Assembly (NCBI RefSeq): GCF_016433145.1
Contig: NC_058134.1
Location: 98,053,417 to 98,117,416 of the forward strand
Length of the DNA: 64,000 nt
Direction: 5' to 3'
DNA from: Gracilinanus agilis
Lineage: Eukaryota
Numbering within the stretch: position 1 is the first letter of the stretch; every line of letters begins with the position of its first letter. The notes under the pieces are model-generated. The model worked only from the letters and a program-made list of their open reading frames with translations. It was not told the origin of the DNA and did not search any database. Shown piece after piece: positions 13,737 through 27,322 of the stretch. The translations under genes were made by a program, and so were the position numbers.

Positions 13737-14889
13737 GTGGGTGGGATGGACCCCTTTGGCTGGACTGAGGGTGGGGAGGGGTACATTGAGAGAAGAGTTC
13801 TCCACTTTGCTCTGGGAGGGGGTGCATTCTGGGGTTCCACCCCAGAGACATCAGTATTTTGCCAGTAGGCAATTTTTAAAAAATTAAAAACCCTTACCTT
13901 CCATCTTGGAATCAATACTGTATATGGGTTCCAAGGCAGGAGAGTGGTAAGGGTAGGCAATGGGGGTTAAGTGACTTGCCCAGGGTCACACAGCTGTGAA
14001 GTGCCTGAGACCAGATTTGAACCCAAGATCTCCCATCTCTAGGCCTGGATCTCAATCCACTGAACTTGCCCCCAACAGACAATTTTTAAAAAATGAAAAG
14101 CATTTAATGAAATAAGATTTTTAAAAATTGCACTAGAGCATTACCCCACTTACCAGCCCAAATCTAGGGTACATCCTCCCATAAATACATGAAGCACCCA
14201 TGGTAATGGTGAGCATACCTGTAAAGGACATGTAGCCAGACAGAGTGGAGGAGTCATTCATACACCTGCTCTCTACTAATGCAGGACTACCAACCCCTGC
14301 TGACAGCATTAAGTTGGAAAATGATTTGCAATTAATAAGCTTCCAGATACCAAGGAAAGATTTGGAGCTAGAAGGGACCTTAGAGGTCATTTAGTCCAAT
14401 GGTCTCATTTTACAGATGAGAAAACTGAGGCTTAGCCAGGAGTCACCCGCCCAAAGTAAGTAACTTGGCAGTGCCAGGCTTGGAACTTAAGTTCTCTGGC
14501 TCCAAACCCAGTACTCCTTCCATTGTGCCACCCTTGGATGCTACCTTCTCACAGTCATCTCCCTTGAAGGACAGCAATGTAATACAGCTGGGCAGCCTAA
14601 ATGGCCCAGTGGCTAGAGCACTGCTCCTAAAGTTAGGAAGACCTGAGTTCAAATTTGACACATTAACCATATGATTCCAAGGAAGTCACTTGACCCTGTT
14701 TTCCTCAGTTTCCTCATCTTTAAAATAAACCAGAGAAGGAAACGGCAAGCCATTCTGATAGTTTTACCAAGAAAACCCCAACTGGGGTCAGGAAGAGTTG
14801 GATATGACTGAAAAATGCCTAAATAATGCCTGACAATAAATATGTTGCCACAACATTTGTTAAACCCTTACTTTTGTGTCTGTCCTCAG

Positions 14890-14994
14890 TCATTTCCTGG
14901 AGGGACATTTGTGCGCCTGGAATTTGGGCTCCAGCAGACCAGCTGCAGAAAGAAGGACTGGAGGAATACTGAGTGCAAAGTGAAGCCCAACGGG
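14890..14994 (+). CDS. RARRES2: Chemerin coding exon 2
   Basis: SFPGGTFVRLEFGLQQTSCRKKDWRNTECKVKPNG, flanked by ctcag| and |gtgagt. 105 nt, phase 0-0. Confidence 0.95.
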
Positions 14995-16633
14995 GTGAGT
15001 GACGTCTAATGGCTCTTCTTATTTGTGTATGTGTGTGTGTGTTTTGGGTGGCTTCAGGAACTTAGATCTGAGTCTCTGTGTGCTTACGTGCGTGGATAAC
15101 ATGAAACACGCCTGTCTACATAACATACATGAATGAGTAGGTGTTTATGCATGTGTATGTGTCTATATGTATAAACATGCCCGTGTGTATGTCTAGAATA
15201 CATGGCTCTGAGTGGAACATATATGCCTTTTGTGTGTACTTAGAAGTATACTAGAATGTACCTTGTATGTACATGCAATAGATGTAATATGTAATAATAT
15301 GGGGGGTCTGTATCATAGAACACGTATTTCTTCTTTGTATGTCAGAGGGAGACAGAGCTGTAAAACACATGGCTCTTTGGGGGAATGGTGTCGCCTGGGT
15401 GGGAAGGGGAAAGAGAAGCTTAATGAGAAGGCTGGAGAACGGAGACCTCACTACCTCACGTTGGAAGGCAGCGGCCATGGTCTCGTGTTGTGAGTGGGAA
15501 GGTATACACAGAGCTTTCTGGAGGTTAATTTCAAATGAGACCTTTGGGTGGGTGAAGGTAGGAATGGGCTGAATCTTCAAGAGTAAAGGTGAAGAAATGG
15601 GACTATGTAGATGGGGAGGAATCCTGGGGGAGTATCAGACAGGTTCTGGGTGAAGCCTTGCTTTCCCCAAAGATCTAGGTTGATTCTGCCTACCACGTCC
15701 AAGTTTTAAAACACTGGAGAGGTCCAAGGAACAGAATTTGGTTTGGATTCTCCCAGAACTATGGAATTCCCTGGGCTTCCCTGATCTTTAAAAATGAGGG
15801 TACCTTAGATCTAGCCCACTGATTGAACCCAAGATTGAAATAATTGAAGACCTAAATGGCAGAGTTTAACTAGAACCGGTCCAATTTAGGGGAAGCTATG
15901 TGACTTAGTGGAAGGAACACTGGACCAGGTATCTATAGACTTAAATTCTAGGCCCACTAGACTGACTGCTACTGATTCAGGGACCATAGGCAAATCACTT
16001 AATATCTCTAGGCCTCAGTTTCCTTGGGACCTGTAAAAGGAGGGGTTGGATTAAATCATTTCTAAGATCCCAATGTCCTACGATGGAAGAGGTTCTGGGC
16101 ACTAGCTGCTGTGTTCTACTTGGCCAACTCCTCATGGGGAACCCCTGCACTACCCTCAAGCTCTAGTACCCTTTATTTTATTTTATTTTATTTTAAACCC
16201 TTAACTTCTGTGTATTGGCTCATAGGTGGAAGCGTGGTAAGGGTGGGCACTCTAGTACCCTTTAGCCAAGAAATAAATCTGTTACCTCCAATGCTCTCCA
16301 TGTCAAAGCAGCTGGCCCCATATATCCCCCACCCCCCTCCATAGCCAAGAGTCTTTTCCCAAAAACTCTAGCCTGCCATATCCCTCATTGTATCCCATTC
16401 CCTGATACTAACTCATCCATTATATTGCCAGTGCGGCATAGGAGGGAGAATGTTGGATCTGAAGTCAGAGGACCTGGGTTTGAATCCCAGCTCTGCCACT
16501 TACTACTTGTGTGACCTTGATTAAGTCACTCAGTTTCCTCATCTGTAAAATGACAAAGTGGGACTAGGTGTCTTCTAAGATCCCTTCTAGCTCTAGATCT
16601 ATAAACCTTTGACCTATGCTTCTATGGTCCCAG

Positions 16634-16732
16634 CGGAAGAGGAATTGTTTGGCTTGCATCAAGTTTGATTCTAAGGACCGGATCCTGAAACAGATGATTC
16701 ACTGCCCCATCGGGCCTCCGTGGAGTCAAAGG
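16634..16732 (+). CDS. RARRES2: Chemerin coding exon 3
   Basis: RKRNCLACIKFDSKDRILKQMIHCPIGPPWSQR, flanked by cccag| and |gtaagc. 99 nt. Confidence 0.95.
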
Positions 16733-17049
16733 GTAAGCCTCAATGCTTTGTTTCTAAGGTAGGGGGAAGAGGGAACGTGGAGGGAGAACGAGATGTAAGA
16801 GGTGACAGAAAGAAGTGTTGTGACTGGGAGCCATGAATCCTGAATAGCCCAGAGGAGGGTAACTGGATGAAGAGGAATCTTGGACAGGATCCATCTGTTC
16901 CCTGAGATGAAATGGTTCAGGTGTGAGGAAGAGGAAGAGGAGGGAGGGAGTGAGAGTGGGACAATGTCAAGTCAAGGACTTGGCAGAATAGGAGGAAGTG
17001 GTTTCTTTTTTGGTCCTGTGACCTAGACCAAGACTAAATGTATCTATAG

Positions 17050-17166
17050 GATCCTGAAGGGCAGCAGGAGACCCAGTGCACTCAAGTGGAACGAGCTGGT
17101 GAGGAACCCCACAGTTATTACTTCCCTGGCACATATGCTTTTTCTAGAAGTCACAGCTCTGGTTGA
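17050..17166 (+). CDS. RARRES2: Chemerin coding exon 4 (C-terminal agonist peptide and stop)
   Basis: DPEGQQETQCTQVERAGEEPHSYYFPGTYAFSRSHSSG*, with acceptor ctatag|. The exon continues to donor cag|gtaaga at 17177. Total protein is 167 aa with six cysteines in the mature cystatin-like fold. Confidence 0.95.
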   Translation, partial: DPEGQQETQCTQVERAGEEPHSYYFPGTYAFSRSHSSG

Positions 17167-17400
17167 ATCCTAAGCAGGTAAGAATCTCTGGGAGGGAAGG
17201 GAAAAAACTACATGTAGGCAGGATGGCCATTGGTGGATGGGTTTACAAATTGAGAATAAGGCTAGGATGCAGATCCAGGGTCGCTGGGGTCACAATAGAG
17301 AATAGTTAGGCATTGAGAAAGTCAGTATTAGAGATGGGAATGGAATTAAGAATTTCTTTTTCATCCTAACTCAAGAATTTCTCTTCTCTCTTCTCTCCAG

Positions 17401-17572
17401 GGTGCTACCTTGCTTTCAATTCCTTTGAAAACCAGTGAAAAGTGTGAAGGCTCCCAACATCCCTCTCAACTCACAAGAGCAAGCATCCCCTTTCCCACCT
17501 CACCTGGGAAAAGAGGCGAGGCTCTCCTAACCCTGTACACAAACACCCTTGCTCCTTCCTGCCTCAAATAAA
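17401..17572 (+). other. RARRES2: RARRES2 terminal non-coding exon with polyadenylation signal
   Basis: A long pyrimidine tract ends ttctctccag| at 17400, and AATAAA lies at 17567-17572. Confidence 0.75.
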
Positions 17573-20500
17573 ACTTCCCAAAACTTTGTACTTTCTTATT
17601 TCATTTCTTTCTTTCTTTCACTATGTCTTAGAAGTGAATGGGCATTATGCAAAGGGAGTCCGATTTAGGATTAATGACAATGACCAATCTCCATTCCCTG
17701 GAACAGATGATGCACCAGGCCTTCTTTCTCTCAATAGTGAGATGGTGGACTATCAGGGGAGGAATATTGCTTATGCTGTTAGATGGTTTGCTTTGTCAGT
17801 TGGTTTTGATGAATTGTCTTTCTTTGTTACAAAGGAGGATACTCAAGGGAGTGAGAATAATATACAAGGAAATATTATACATAAAAAGGATAAAAAAAAT
17901 TTAAAAAAACCTTACCTTCTGTCTTAGAATAAATATTAAGTACCAGTTCCAAAGCAGAAGATTGGTAAGGGCTAGGCAACTGGGGTTAAGTGACTTGTTC
18001 AGGATCACACAGCTAGGATTGGTCAGGCACCAGATATGAAATCAATAAACTTCTAAAAGGGAATCAGGCCTGTTGCTACTGCTATGATTACCTGACTAAC
18101 TATATCCACAAAAGGCATATACAAAGACCAGACCAGAGCTCAAGGGCTTCTAAAATGAGGAGGGAGGTGATGTCCTGGTTATTCCACCTCTGGAGTTCTG
18201 TCCTCAGATTTGAGCTTCATATCTTAAGAGGGACTTTGGCAAGATGGAATAAGTTCTAAGGAGGACAAACAGGATGGTAAAGAGGCACACGATAAGGTTT
18301 AGCCTACAAAAGAGAAGTTTTGATGGGGTTGGGGGAGAGAGAACATAACTGTCTTCAAATATGTTGAGGATTATCATACAGAATGAATATTAGATTCTGC
18401 TCTTCCACAGAGGGCAGAATCAGGAACAAAGTTCAGAAGTTTTAGGGAGATAGATTTAATTTCAACATTAGGAACATTTTCTTAGAGTTGTTGGACTTTC
18501 ATCCAAGATGGCTACAGGAAAAGAGGCAGACCCCACAACAACAGAAAAACAAAAAAACAGAAATTCATACCAGATGGAATGATTATGAAATCTGCAATAC
18601 TACAGTGGATTTTTCCACTTGTTTCTGAAAAAAAAAATTAATCAGAAGCCTGAGATCAATATGAAAGAGGGCAACCACCAAAATGAGTGAAGAGCTTCCC
18701 CTAGAAAAGCCCAAGGAGATCAGAAAGTTCCCTGGTGAGGGTCTTGGAAGCCTTGGAGAATGGCAGGAAACAGTATAGAGGAGCCGCACTCAGACCTGGA
18801 TACCCCAGGCCCAGGGTCTCTTTAATGCCTAACACTGTCCTGAGATGTTGGAGTGGTCAGATTTAATCATAGGAACCATAAAGATATGGGGGCGGGGATG
18901 AAGAGGGGAAGTAACTCCAGGGTGGTGTGGAGGTTAGCACAAGAACCCAGGACACCAAGGGAGCTCAAACTGGGCCAATCATCCCTCCCAAATGTGCAGC
19001 AGAGGGCTATGAAAATGGAAGGATTTACATTTTTTTAGGGATCATCTCATTCTTTGTACTTGAATCTTCAGCACCTAGCACAGTGCCTGGAGCATAGTAG
19101 GTTCTCAATAAATATTTGTTAATTGATTAATTGAATAAAGGATGTTAAATCATTTTTGCCTCCAGACTAGCCCTCACAACTGATATCCAGGGAAGCAACT
19201 CCACCCACAGAGCAAGCAAGCTAGCCTTGAGGAAACAGTAAGACTCCCCTAGAGGAGAGATAAAAGATGGCATGTGTTGGCAAGTGAAATCACCACCATT
19301 ACTTTGACCACTCTCTCTCCTGATGAAGACAACCCAGAACCCTCAGCCTAAGAACCATGGGAATAGCAGTGTTCTCCAGGTCACCTGTTTTAATCCTAGT
19401 CCAGACCCCATAGACATTGAGAGGAGAAATCATTGTAAGAAACCCGCATTCCTAATCACCACCAGCAATAACTGCTGACCAACTATGTTCAATAGGCAGA
19501 GAGCACAGGAGTCCTAGAACTGGCACACCTTATCTAGACCCACCATGGGTCTTGCTTCTGACCCAGCCCACATAGTCATTATCCAGGAAGACAATGCCTG
19601 TGGACAAGGGGCCAATCATTCCTGCTAACCCAACTAAGTAGGCAAGTCAGCCTATCTGAAGCATCAAGGCACTCTGAGGGAGGTATAGGAAACAGCATGT
19701 TCAAGGTAAATCACCATCACCAATTTGGCCACCATGTCCCTTCTGAACCTGATGGAGGTAGTCCAGGACTCTCAACCCCAAAGCCTTGAGAAAATCCATG
19801 TGTCCTGCCCAGTGCCCTCTGCCATCATCCTAGCAGTGGCCCCTCTAGAGACAGATGCAGCCTGAAGACTAGAGCTGCAGGTGATATAGCCATAGCCCCT
19901 GTAGACCCAGAAAAGAAAAATTCTTGCCACCAAAGTCCTTGGCACTCTCAAATGGTCCAACATCAGAAATAAACATTTTGTCAGTGAAAGTAACATGAAA
20001 GAAGAGGCATTATTGTCTTTTCTGCAGTTGTACCTTAGGTACCATGGGATCTTTCCATGTATGCTCTCTCCCCATTAAAATGTAAGCTTCTTGAGAAGGA
20101 AGCCTCTCTTAATTTCCCTTTTTAATCCCATCTCTTAGCACAATGCTTTATACATAGTGAGTGCTTAACAAATGCTTCATTCATTCATTTATTTTTATGC
20201 AAAGGATAGAGTTAAATACAAATTTGCAAAGACAAAAATGAAAATTCAGAGAAACTTAGAAAAATTTATTTGAACAATTAAAGGGGCTATATGATGATGT
20301 GGGGCAGCTAGGTGGCACAGAGGATACAAAGAGGGAGGAAGTGGGTCTAGAATCAGGAAGATTCATCTTCCTGAGTTCAAATTTGGTCTGACACTTACTA
20401 CCTGTGTGACCCTGGGCAAGTCACTTAACCTTGTTTGCCAGTTTCCTCCTTTGTAAAATGAGTTGGAGAAGGAAATGGCAAACCATTCCAGCATCTTTGC

Positions 20501-23011
20501 CAAGAAAACTCTAATAAGAGTTGGACACAACTGAAAGGACTGAATATATGCTGATGTCTTCAAATGGTGATGAATAAGAAATCTAGACCACCTAGGAGAT
20601 GGGCTACTTCTGCTCTGAGGGTCTGAAGAGGGGAAAGATGAGGAGGATAAATGGCATACATCAAGGAATGAGAAGGGAACAAAGTGTTTATTGTGTCCAC
20701 TATGTGTCATGCACAGTGCTAAGTACTTAATATTATGGGAAGGAGGAAGAAGTGGGCTGAACTTCATATTTCTCATAATTAAGTATAATAGAAAAGGATG
20801 CAAATATTGAGAAAGGGGTGAGGCAAGCAGGTGCTCAAGAAGATGAACCTAATTTTTAATTGGAATTGGATAAAAAAGGCTTAATATGGTTTGGTGTAGA
20901 AAAAGATCACATTCAACAGCAAAATAATTTGGGATGGTCAAGAGGAAAGATAATATAGGTGAAGGAAAAGCTACAAGCAAAACAATTTCCTGATTCTAGA
21001 GGGAGGATAAAAGAAGTAGTATGTTGCTAAATGTTCTGGAAGAAAAAGTACACATAACACACTTTTAAGCTTTCTCAGCATCATTAAGATATTTTCTCCA
21101 TCACTTTGTTAAATTTAGACAGTCAACAAAACAATAAATCAAGCCTTGATTTGTAGTGAGGTATAATGGTCCTACTGAAATTTAACAATTAGCTTGAGCC
21201 AAAAGGGAAGAAAAAGAAAAGAACTAGAATTTAAGGTGGAATGATTGACCACTAACTGGAGAATGGCTAAACAAAATAAGGCACATAGATATAATGAAGT
21301 AATAAATGATAAAGGAGTCGATTTATGAATACAAACAGAATGAAGTAAGAAGAACCAAGAGGACAACTTAAAGGATAACAAGAGTATAAGGAAAAACAAC
21401 TTGGAAGGACTTAAGAACTTGGAACAATGAGACAACCAACAATGTCTGCAGAGGACGTGAGGTAAAGTCTGCTTCTGTCAGAGAAAGAAGATGGACTGTT
21501 GGGGCAGAAAATGGCATACAATTTTGGTTTGGGGCTTGCTTGACTGCTTATGTTGCAAGGATTTTTTTCTCTACCTCTATTTTTAAATGGTGGATATGGG
21601 AGAAGTTGGAGAAGAAAGGAGTAGTTAGCAGTAGGAGTGCTAAAAAAGCGTGCCATTGAAAATGTTTTAGAATGCACAGAAGGGAACAAAAGGAAGTCTG
21701 GAATTAGGAGATGGTAAATTACACAGATTTTACATCTTCTAGCAGAAGCGGGATAACCACTTATTAAAATAGTGTGGAGGGGATCTCCATTCAGATATGG
21801 ATTGGATTAGATGTGCTCTGAGATCTCTTACAGCTCTGAGGGACTGTGTTTCATCTTGAGAATCAACAGATATTTATTGGATATCTAATGCATAATCAAT
21901 CCTGTAGAAACAACAAAAGAGTCAAAGTGAAAAATGACTAGGAAGGGAAAGAAGACAGAACTATGCAAAAACAATAGATAATTATGCTCATAGAACTACA
22001 GGCGACCTATGATTTTAGCAGAATTTCAGAGAAGAGGGTAAACAGAAGTCTCAGAAAAGTTCATGGAGGTGTGACTTGAGTTGGGCTTTGAAGGATGGAA
22101 AGACTTTGGACAGGCAATTCTGGGAAAATCTTAGCAACTGAAAGCTCTTTCGTTCAACCTCATCTCCCAAGCTTTCTATCCTAAGATTACTAACCCCCTA
22201 AATCAGAATCTTTAGAAGGTATAGCCAGTCTGCCCTCCTTCCCATCCAGTCTGTGTTCTAGGCAGTTGGTAAGGACAGCATTGGCAAATATTTTTAAGAT
22301 TGTGTGCCCAAACTGCAACTTCATGCTGCCTGTGAGCCCCCCACATCACCCCTAGAGAGTGGAGGGAGGAACTGCTTGCATCGGGCAGCTGGACAGAGGA
22401 GTGGGGCATACAAAAAATGTCCCTGGGTGCCGTGGAGAGGAGGAACAGAGCAGCCCCCATCCATGCTGCCCTGGCACCCATGCCACACCTTCACCAACAT
22501 GGGTATAGGATTTAGGGTACCAAGAATGCAGAGGAGTTTCTTACCAGGATAGCATATTTTATTTCTCAAGAAGCTTTTACATATTCAACTTATATCCCAT
22601 TACAGCCCTTGGAAGGGGAAAGGGGGATACAGAGAATCAATTCAGATCATGCACTTAATTTCATGGCATCAGTCTTATGAAAATGGGGAGGAGGCAGGGA
22701 GGCACAAGACACTCGAGACAAGTCCCGGAATGCATGGCTTATCTATGGGCACATACAGACAGAAAGAAGATGGCTAGAATATTATAGCCCCCCAAGAGGA
22801 TCCTGATTTAATTTTCCTTTAAATGAGTGAGGAGACGTTAAACTAAGGTGGACAAAACTATTTGGATAAATCTGTGGGGCCAGCAATGAGATTTGTGGAA
22901 CGATATGGAGAGTTCTTCAGGGCCTGGGCCACCTGGGGGGCCTTGGGTTAAGGGAGTCCCTTCTCCAACCACTCTCTCCCTCCTGCCCTCAACATGGGGA
23001 GCTGGCTGGGT

Positions 23012-23797
23012 TTAGAAGACAAAGGAAGTCGTGTTCCCACTGGCAGGTCTAAGGGCCTCCTCTGCCTGGGCTAGAGTATCATCAGCCTTCTGACTCAGCT
23101 CCTGAAATTCTTGTACTGTGTCCTGGAACTGGCGGCAGGCATCTTCCAGGATGGAGTTCTCCTGGCCCTGGGGGGACTTCCAGTAGCTGGGCTCCACCCA
23201 GGGCTTGGCCTCACCGGGAAGCTCAAGGACAGGTCCTGGGCTCCGGTGCAAGGATTTGTCAAGGTCCCTGCACAACTGGTAGAACTCACTGCCCTTCCCT
23301 GACACTCGCTCCCCATCAATGACCTTCAGGCCGGGCAGCAGCTCCCACACGGCAGCCCTGTAGGAGGAGCTGCTGCACAGGGGGTTGCTAAGCCGGGCCA
23401 AGGGGTCCTGCAGCCTCAGATGTTCCAGCCGCTGGAGGCCTGCCAGGCACTGCAGTTGGCCCACCCCAGCCAGCAGGTTGCCAGCCACGTTGAGGCTCTG
23501 CAGGCTCTCACAAGAGGCCAGGGGTTCTATCCCCGTCAGGCGGTTGGCAGAGACGTTGAGTACGGCCAGCTGCCGGAGCGAGGCCAGGGGCCCCAGGTGT
23601 GTGAGGATGTTACGGGACAGGTCCAGCCACTCCAGCCCCAAACACTCGCCGAGGCAGCCTAGGTCTACCAGCCCCAACCCACAGAGTTTCAGCAGCAGGA
23701 TGGACTCCAGGGAAAATTCACCCGACAGAGCTTTAAGCATCTGGGCCGTAATGCGCACTCGATCCCCCTGTCCAGCTCTCTCCCCCGGGGGCTCCAT
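23012..23797 (-). CDS. LRRC61: Leucine-rich repeat-containing protein 61 (261 aa, single coding exon)
   Basis: MEPPGERAG...GEFSLESILLLKL.GLGL.DLGCLGECLGLEWLDLS...LPGLKVIDGERV...SFVF matches human LRRC61. The ATG is at 23797 (the ORF-track start is an upstream TTG). Exon acceptor ttctcaccccag| is at 24003/24002, and a minus-strand AATAAA lies at ~22558. Confidence 0.96.
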   Translation of the reverse strand: MEPPGERAGQGDRVRITAQMLKALSGEFSLESILLLKLCGLGLVDLGCLGECLGLEWLDLSRNILTHLGPLASLRQLAVLNVSANRLTGIEPLASCESLQSLNVAGNLLAGVGQLQCLAGLQRLEHLRLQDPLARLSNPLCSSSSYRAAVWELLPGLKVIDGERVSGKGSEFYQLCRDLDKSLHRSPGPVLELPGEAKPWVEPSYWKSPQGQENSILEDACRQFQDTVQEFQELSQKADDTLAQAEEALRPASGNTTSFVF

Positions 23798-25779
23798 AGG
23801 GAACAGGTGCCAATGGGCCAAAGCCTTAAAAGGTTTTATTTGTCTGGGATGTGGTTGGGGGAGAACTGGGGAAAGGGTTAGTCAACGGAGATCCGGCTTC
23901 ATCCAAGGGTGCGCTCAGAGAGTCACTCCTGCGGTCCACTCTCCCTGGGCTCAGTACTCAGCTCGGTGGAGGCCAAGTCCCAGGGGGTCGGCTTCAGGGT
24001 CCCTGGGGTGAGAAGACAATGAGCACGTTACTGAGCACCAACCTGGCGGGGCAGAAAGAGCTTTAGTGTTGTTCTAAAACTCGACTCTGATTCCCGCTGC
24101 GTCACCTCGGACACATCCCAGCTTCTCTGGGCTTTACTTCTGATCCACAAGACGGAAATGAAATCCCGCCACTACCTGCTCTCAGGGTGGCGATGCTCTG
24201 CTCAGGCTCTGTGCTTATGGGATACCCGGCCTAAGAAAACAGAGCAGCCTGGGGTGAGGTGGTCCCTGCCTGGGAAGATTTGCTGCTCTGTCTAGAGGGA
24301 GGGCGTGTGTCTGGGGAAGCATATTTCAAGCTGGAAGTGGACATCAAATAAGCCAAGGAGGCAAGAATGAGTCCTGGTGTGGAGGGTAGGAGTGGCAAAG
24401 GACCCGATCTGGTGGGAGGGGAGGCTATGCACTGAGGAGAAGGAGAAATTCAAATACCTTGGCTAAAACAGACAAGCCCCAAGCTGTTCCTTCAATCCTG
24501 GCTCAGGGCACGCATTCCCTGCAAACTTGGGCCCCCTTCAGGCCGAGACACTCAGGCTGGGACCAAATCCAGGAGTCCCAGGCTCAGCCCTGAAGCCTGA
24601 TCCTCATTAACCTCCGTGAGCTGAATGGGCCTCAAAGGCACATAAAGGAACCGGGACGGGCTTCTGCAGATGCCTGTTGAGAGGAGGCGCTCACAACAGA
24701 TATTTTAGAATCTGGTGATCTTCTGTTGGGGCCACTTCCCAAGTTGTGGGGCTATTAATTACAACAGCCACCACCTTGTGAGCCAGACCCAATCTCCATG
24801 GAAACCAGGCCCTCTGCCAAGGCAACCAGCTCCTCCTATCCCAGCAAGGAACATTTAAAGGGCTACACTCACAGGCCAAATACCAGCACAGCAGGGAAGA
24901 CCAGTGGGAGAGACGTGGGGAAATTCTTCCAATGCCTCTCATTCTTTCCCTCACTGACAGTACCACTGGCCTGCCTTCGCAAACACTCTCATCTCTGGCT
25001 AGGAAGTCTTCAGCAAGCCTCCACCAGCGGCCCATTCCCCTTACCTAAATCAACAACGCAATTCAGACATTCTGCTCTTTGCTAGACAAACCTAACCCCT
25101 CTCTTCTGTACACGTCTGTTTCTCTCTCCGTTCCTCTTTCTAGTCTAAACAAACGTTTATCAGGTTTGATCTAAGGCTACCCCCTTTATAAAGGGCTACC
25201 TCTTCCATGAAGTCTCCCAAGATTCACTTTATTAGTTCCTGACAGCCCTAAATATAGTCCAATATTATTCATTAACACTGAAAGGAAAGTCAGTTACACT
25301 TTAAAAGAAAGGTAAACATGAAATAAATAAGCCATTTCTTTCACATTTTCCCATGAATCAACTATATATATATATATATTGCTTGTGCCCTTGGAGTCAT
25401 ACAAGCATTAGCCCTAGAAGGGATTTTAGAGATCATTTGGCTCAATCCTTCATTTTATAGATGAGGATGCTAGAGTACAGGGAGATGATATGCCTGGCCA
25501 GGAGTTTAGGATGGTTCCTGAAAAAAAAGAATTGCTTCTCAAGAGGGTTTAACTAAGGGGGTTCAAATCCTTTTGAAAAAGAGAAATTCCTTTATTGTTT
25601 TTAAGCCAGAAATAGAGTTTAGCTAAATTTGAACCTAAGTTACCATATCTTGGTTTTAAGTAGCCACAGTTAACAGCTCCACTTTGGTAAGGGATTATAA
25701 TGTATAACAGTGTTGTAGTAGCAACAATATCCTCATTCCAGGCAAGACAGGCTGTTTTTTTTTCCTTAAAAGACATTGA

Positions 25780-27322
25780 GACCCAGAAATACAATGATCC
25801 AGGATAATTCTGAAGGACTTATGACAAAGAATGCTACCTCCCTCCAGAGAAAGAACTGTTGGAGTGGGAATGCAGATCAAGGCATTGTATTTTTCATTTC
25901 AGCTTGTGTTTTTATTCTGGGGTTTTGGTTTTATATGCATATTCTCATAACAATGACTAATAAGGGAGAATGTTTTGCATGATAATGCATGTAAAATTCA
26001 GATCAAATTGCTTACCATTTCTGGGAGGGAGAGAGAAAATTTGGATCTTATAAGTTTAGAAAATGTATGTTACAAACTGTTATTGCATGTAATTGGGGAA
26101 ATAAAATAATGAAGGCAAAAAAAAAAAATAGATATTGAGACCATCTTTGAGTCTTGTTTGGCTCAGGCTGTTGACATCACTTCTTGGTCATTTAAGGACA
26201 AGCAGCCAGGAGGTCCTCTAGAAAGACCTCTGATGCTTAACTGGTAGATTCAGATGGACAGTCCAGAAAAGGGAGTTTCATTCATCTGAGTCAGCTCGAG
26301 GTTTCCTTATCTTCGTTGAATATTTTTCTCCTGCTATGGCTAAAATAATCTTTTTTTAAAAAATTAACTGTTTAATGACCAAAAGGTGTCTGATTTTTGT
26401 CTTAAATTCAAACTTAAACTACCACAGTTCTTTCCTGAATCAGGCCTACTCTAGAACAGATGTGCAGCTGAAGAAACAGCTTGAACTTTTTCTTGTTTCA
26501 ACAGATATTGCTTGGTTGCAGTTAATTCTCTAAACCACTCCTACATTCTGTTTATGCAGATGTCTTAGGAAACACAGTTGTCTTTACCACATATCATTTA
26601 CATCTTTTTGAAGTAAATGTCTCTTGCCTGAGTTTTTCTTCTTCTGTATTCACATATATACTTGTACCTTGTTAGTGTAGCCCATCAGAATAACCCAAAA
26701 GTCCTCAAAGTGTGGCTGACTCTTGGAAGTTCTCAATATCCTTTCAGAGAGCCCATGAGGTCAAAATTATTTTCATAACACTAAGATGTTTTAATTTCTG
26801 AATATAAAAAAAAAACATAAAACAAAAATGTCTGTGAAGGAGAGTCCTCAATTATTTTTAAGAGTATAGTGTGATCTGAAGACTTAAAAAATGGAGAAGT
26901 ACTGGAACAAAAATTTCCTTTGATTAATGCTTTGCTGTCTAAAAGAAGTCACATAGCAAAATCTAAAATCTAATCTAATTTGTACACATTCTCTATGTTC
27001 ATCAAACTACTAAACTACTAGAGTTTTTCCTTTTGATATCTACACCAGGGCTCAGAGGTTTACTGTGAGGCAAGAAGACAGTGTACTGAATTTTAAATCA
27101 GGAAGTATTAGGTCAGAATCTTGTCTGGCACTGTTGTGAGTCATGGACAAATCACTTATTCTCTCTGAGCCTCAATTTCTCATCCATAAAATGGGGATAA
27201 TAATACCTGTAGAATCTACCGTACAGGGTTGTTGCAAGGCTCAACTGGGACAATATGGAAAGCACTTTGAAAATTTTAGAATGCTACATGAATATTATCA
27301 TTGTTGTTGTTGTTAATTATGA
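25780..27322 (+). repeat. Copy B of the direct segmental duplication (paralogous to 4040-7815), inside the LRRC61 intron
   Basis: Same colinear blocks as copy A, lacking the MITE, LTR and SINE insertions. It begins with an L1 3'-end fragment shared by both copies. Confidence 0.85.

Noticed and set aside
17586-17927. 113-aa ORF just downstream of RARRES2
   Set aside because: The sequence resembles an L1 3'-end fragment ending in an A-rich tail.
23385-24011. 208-aa plus-strand ORF
   Set aside because: Antisense shadow of the GC-rich LRRC61 exon.
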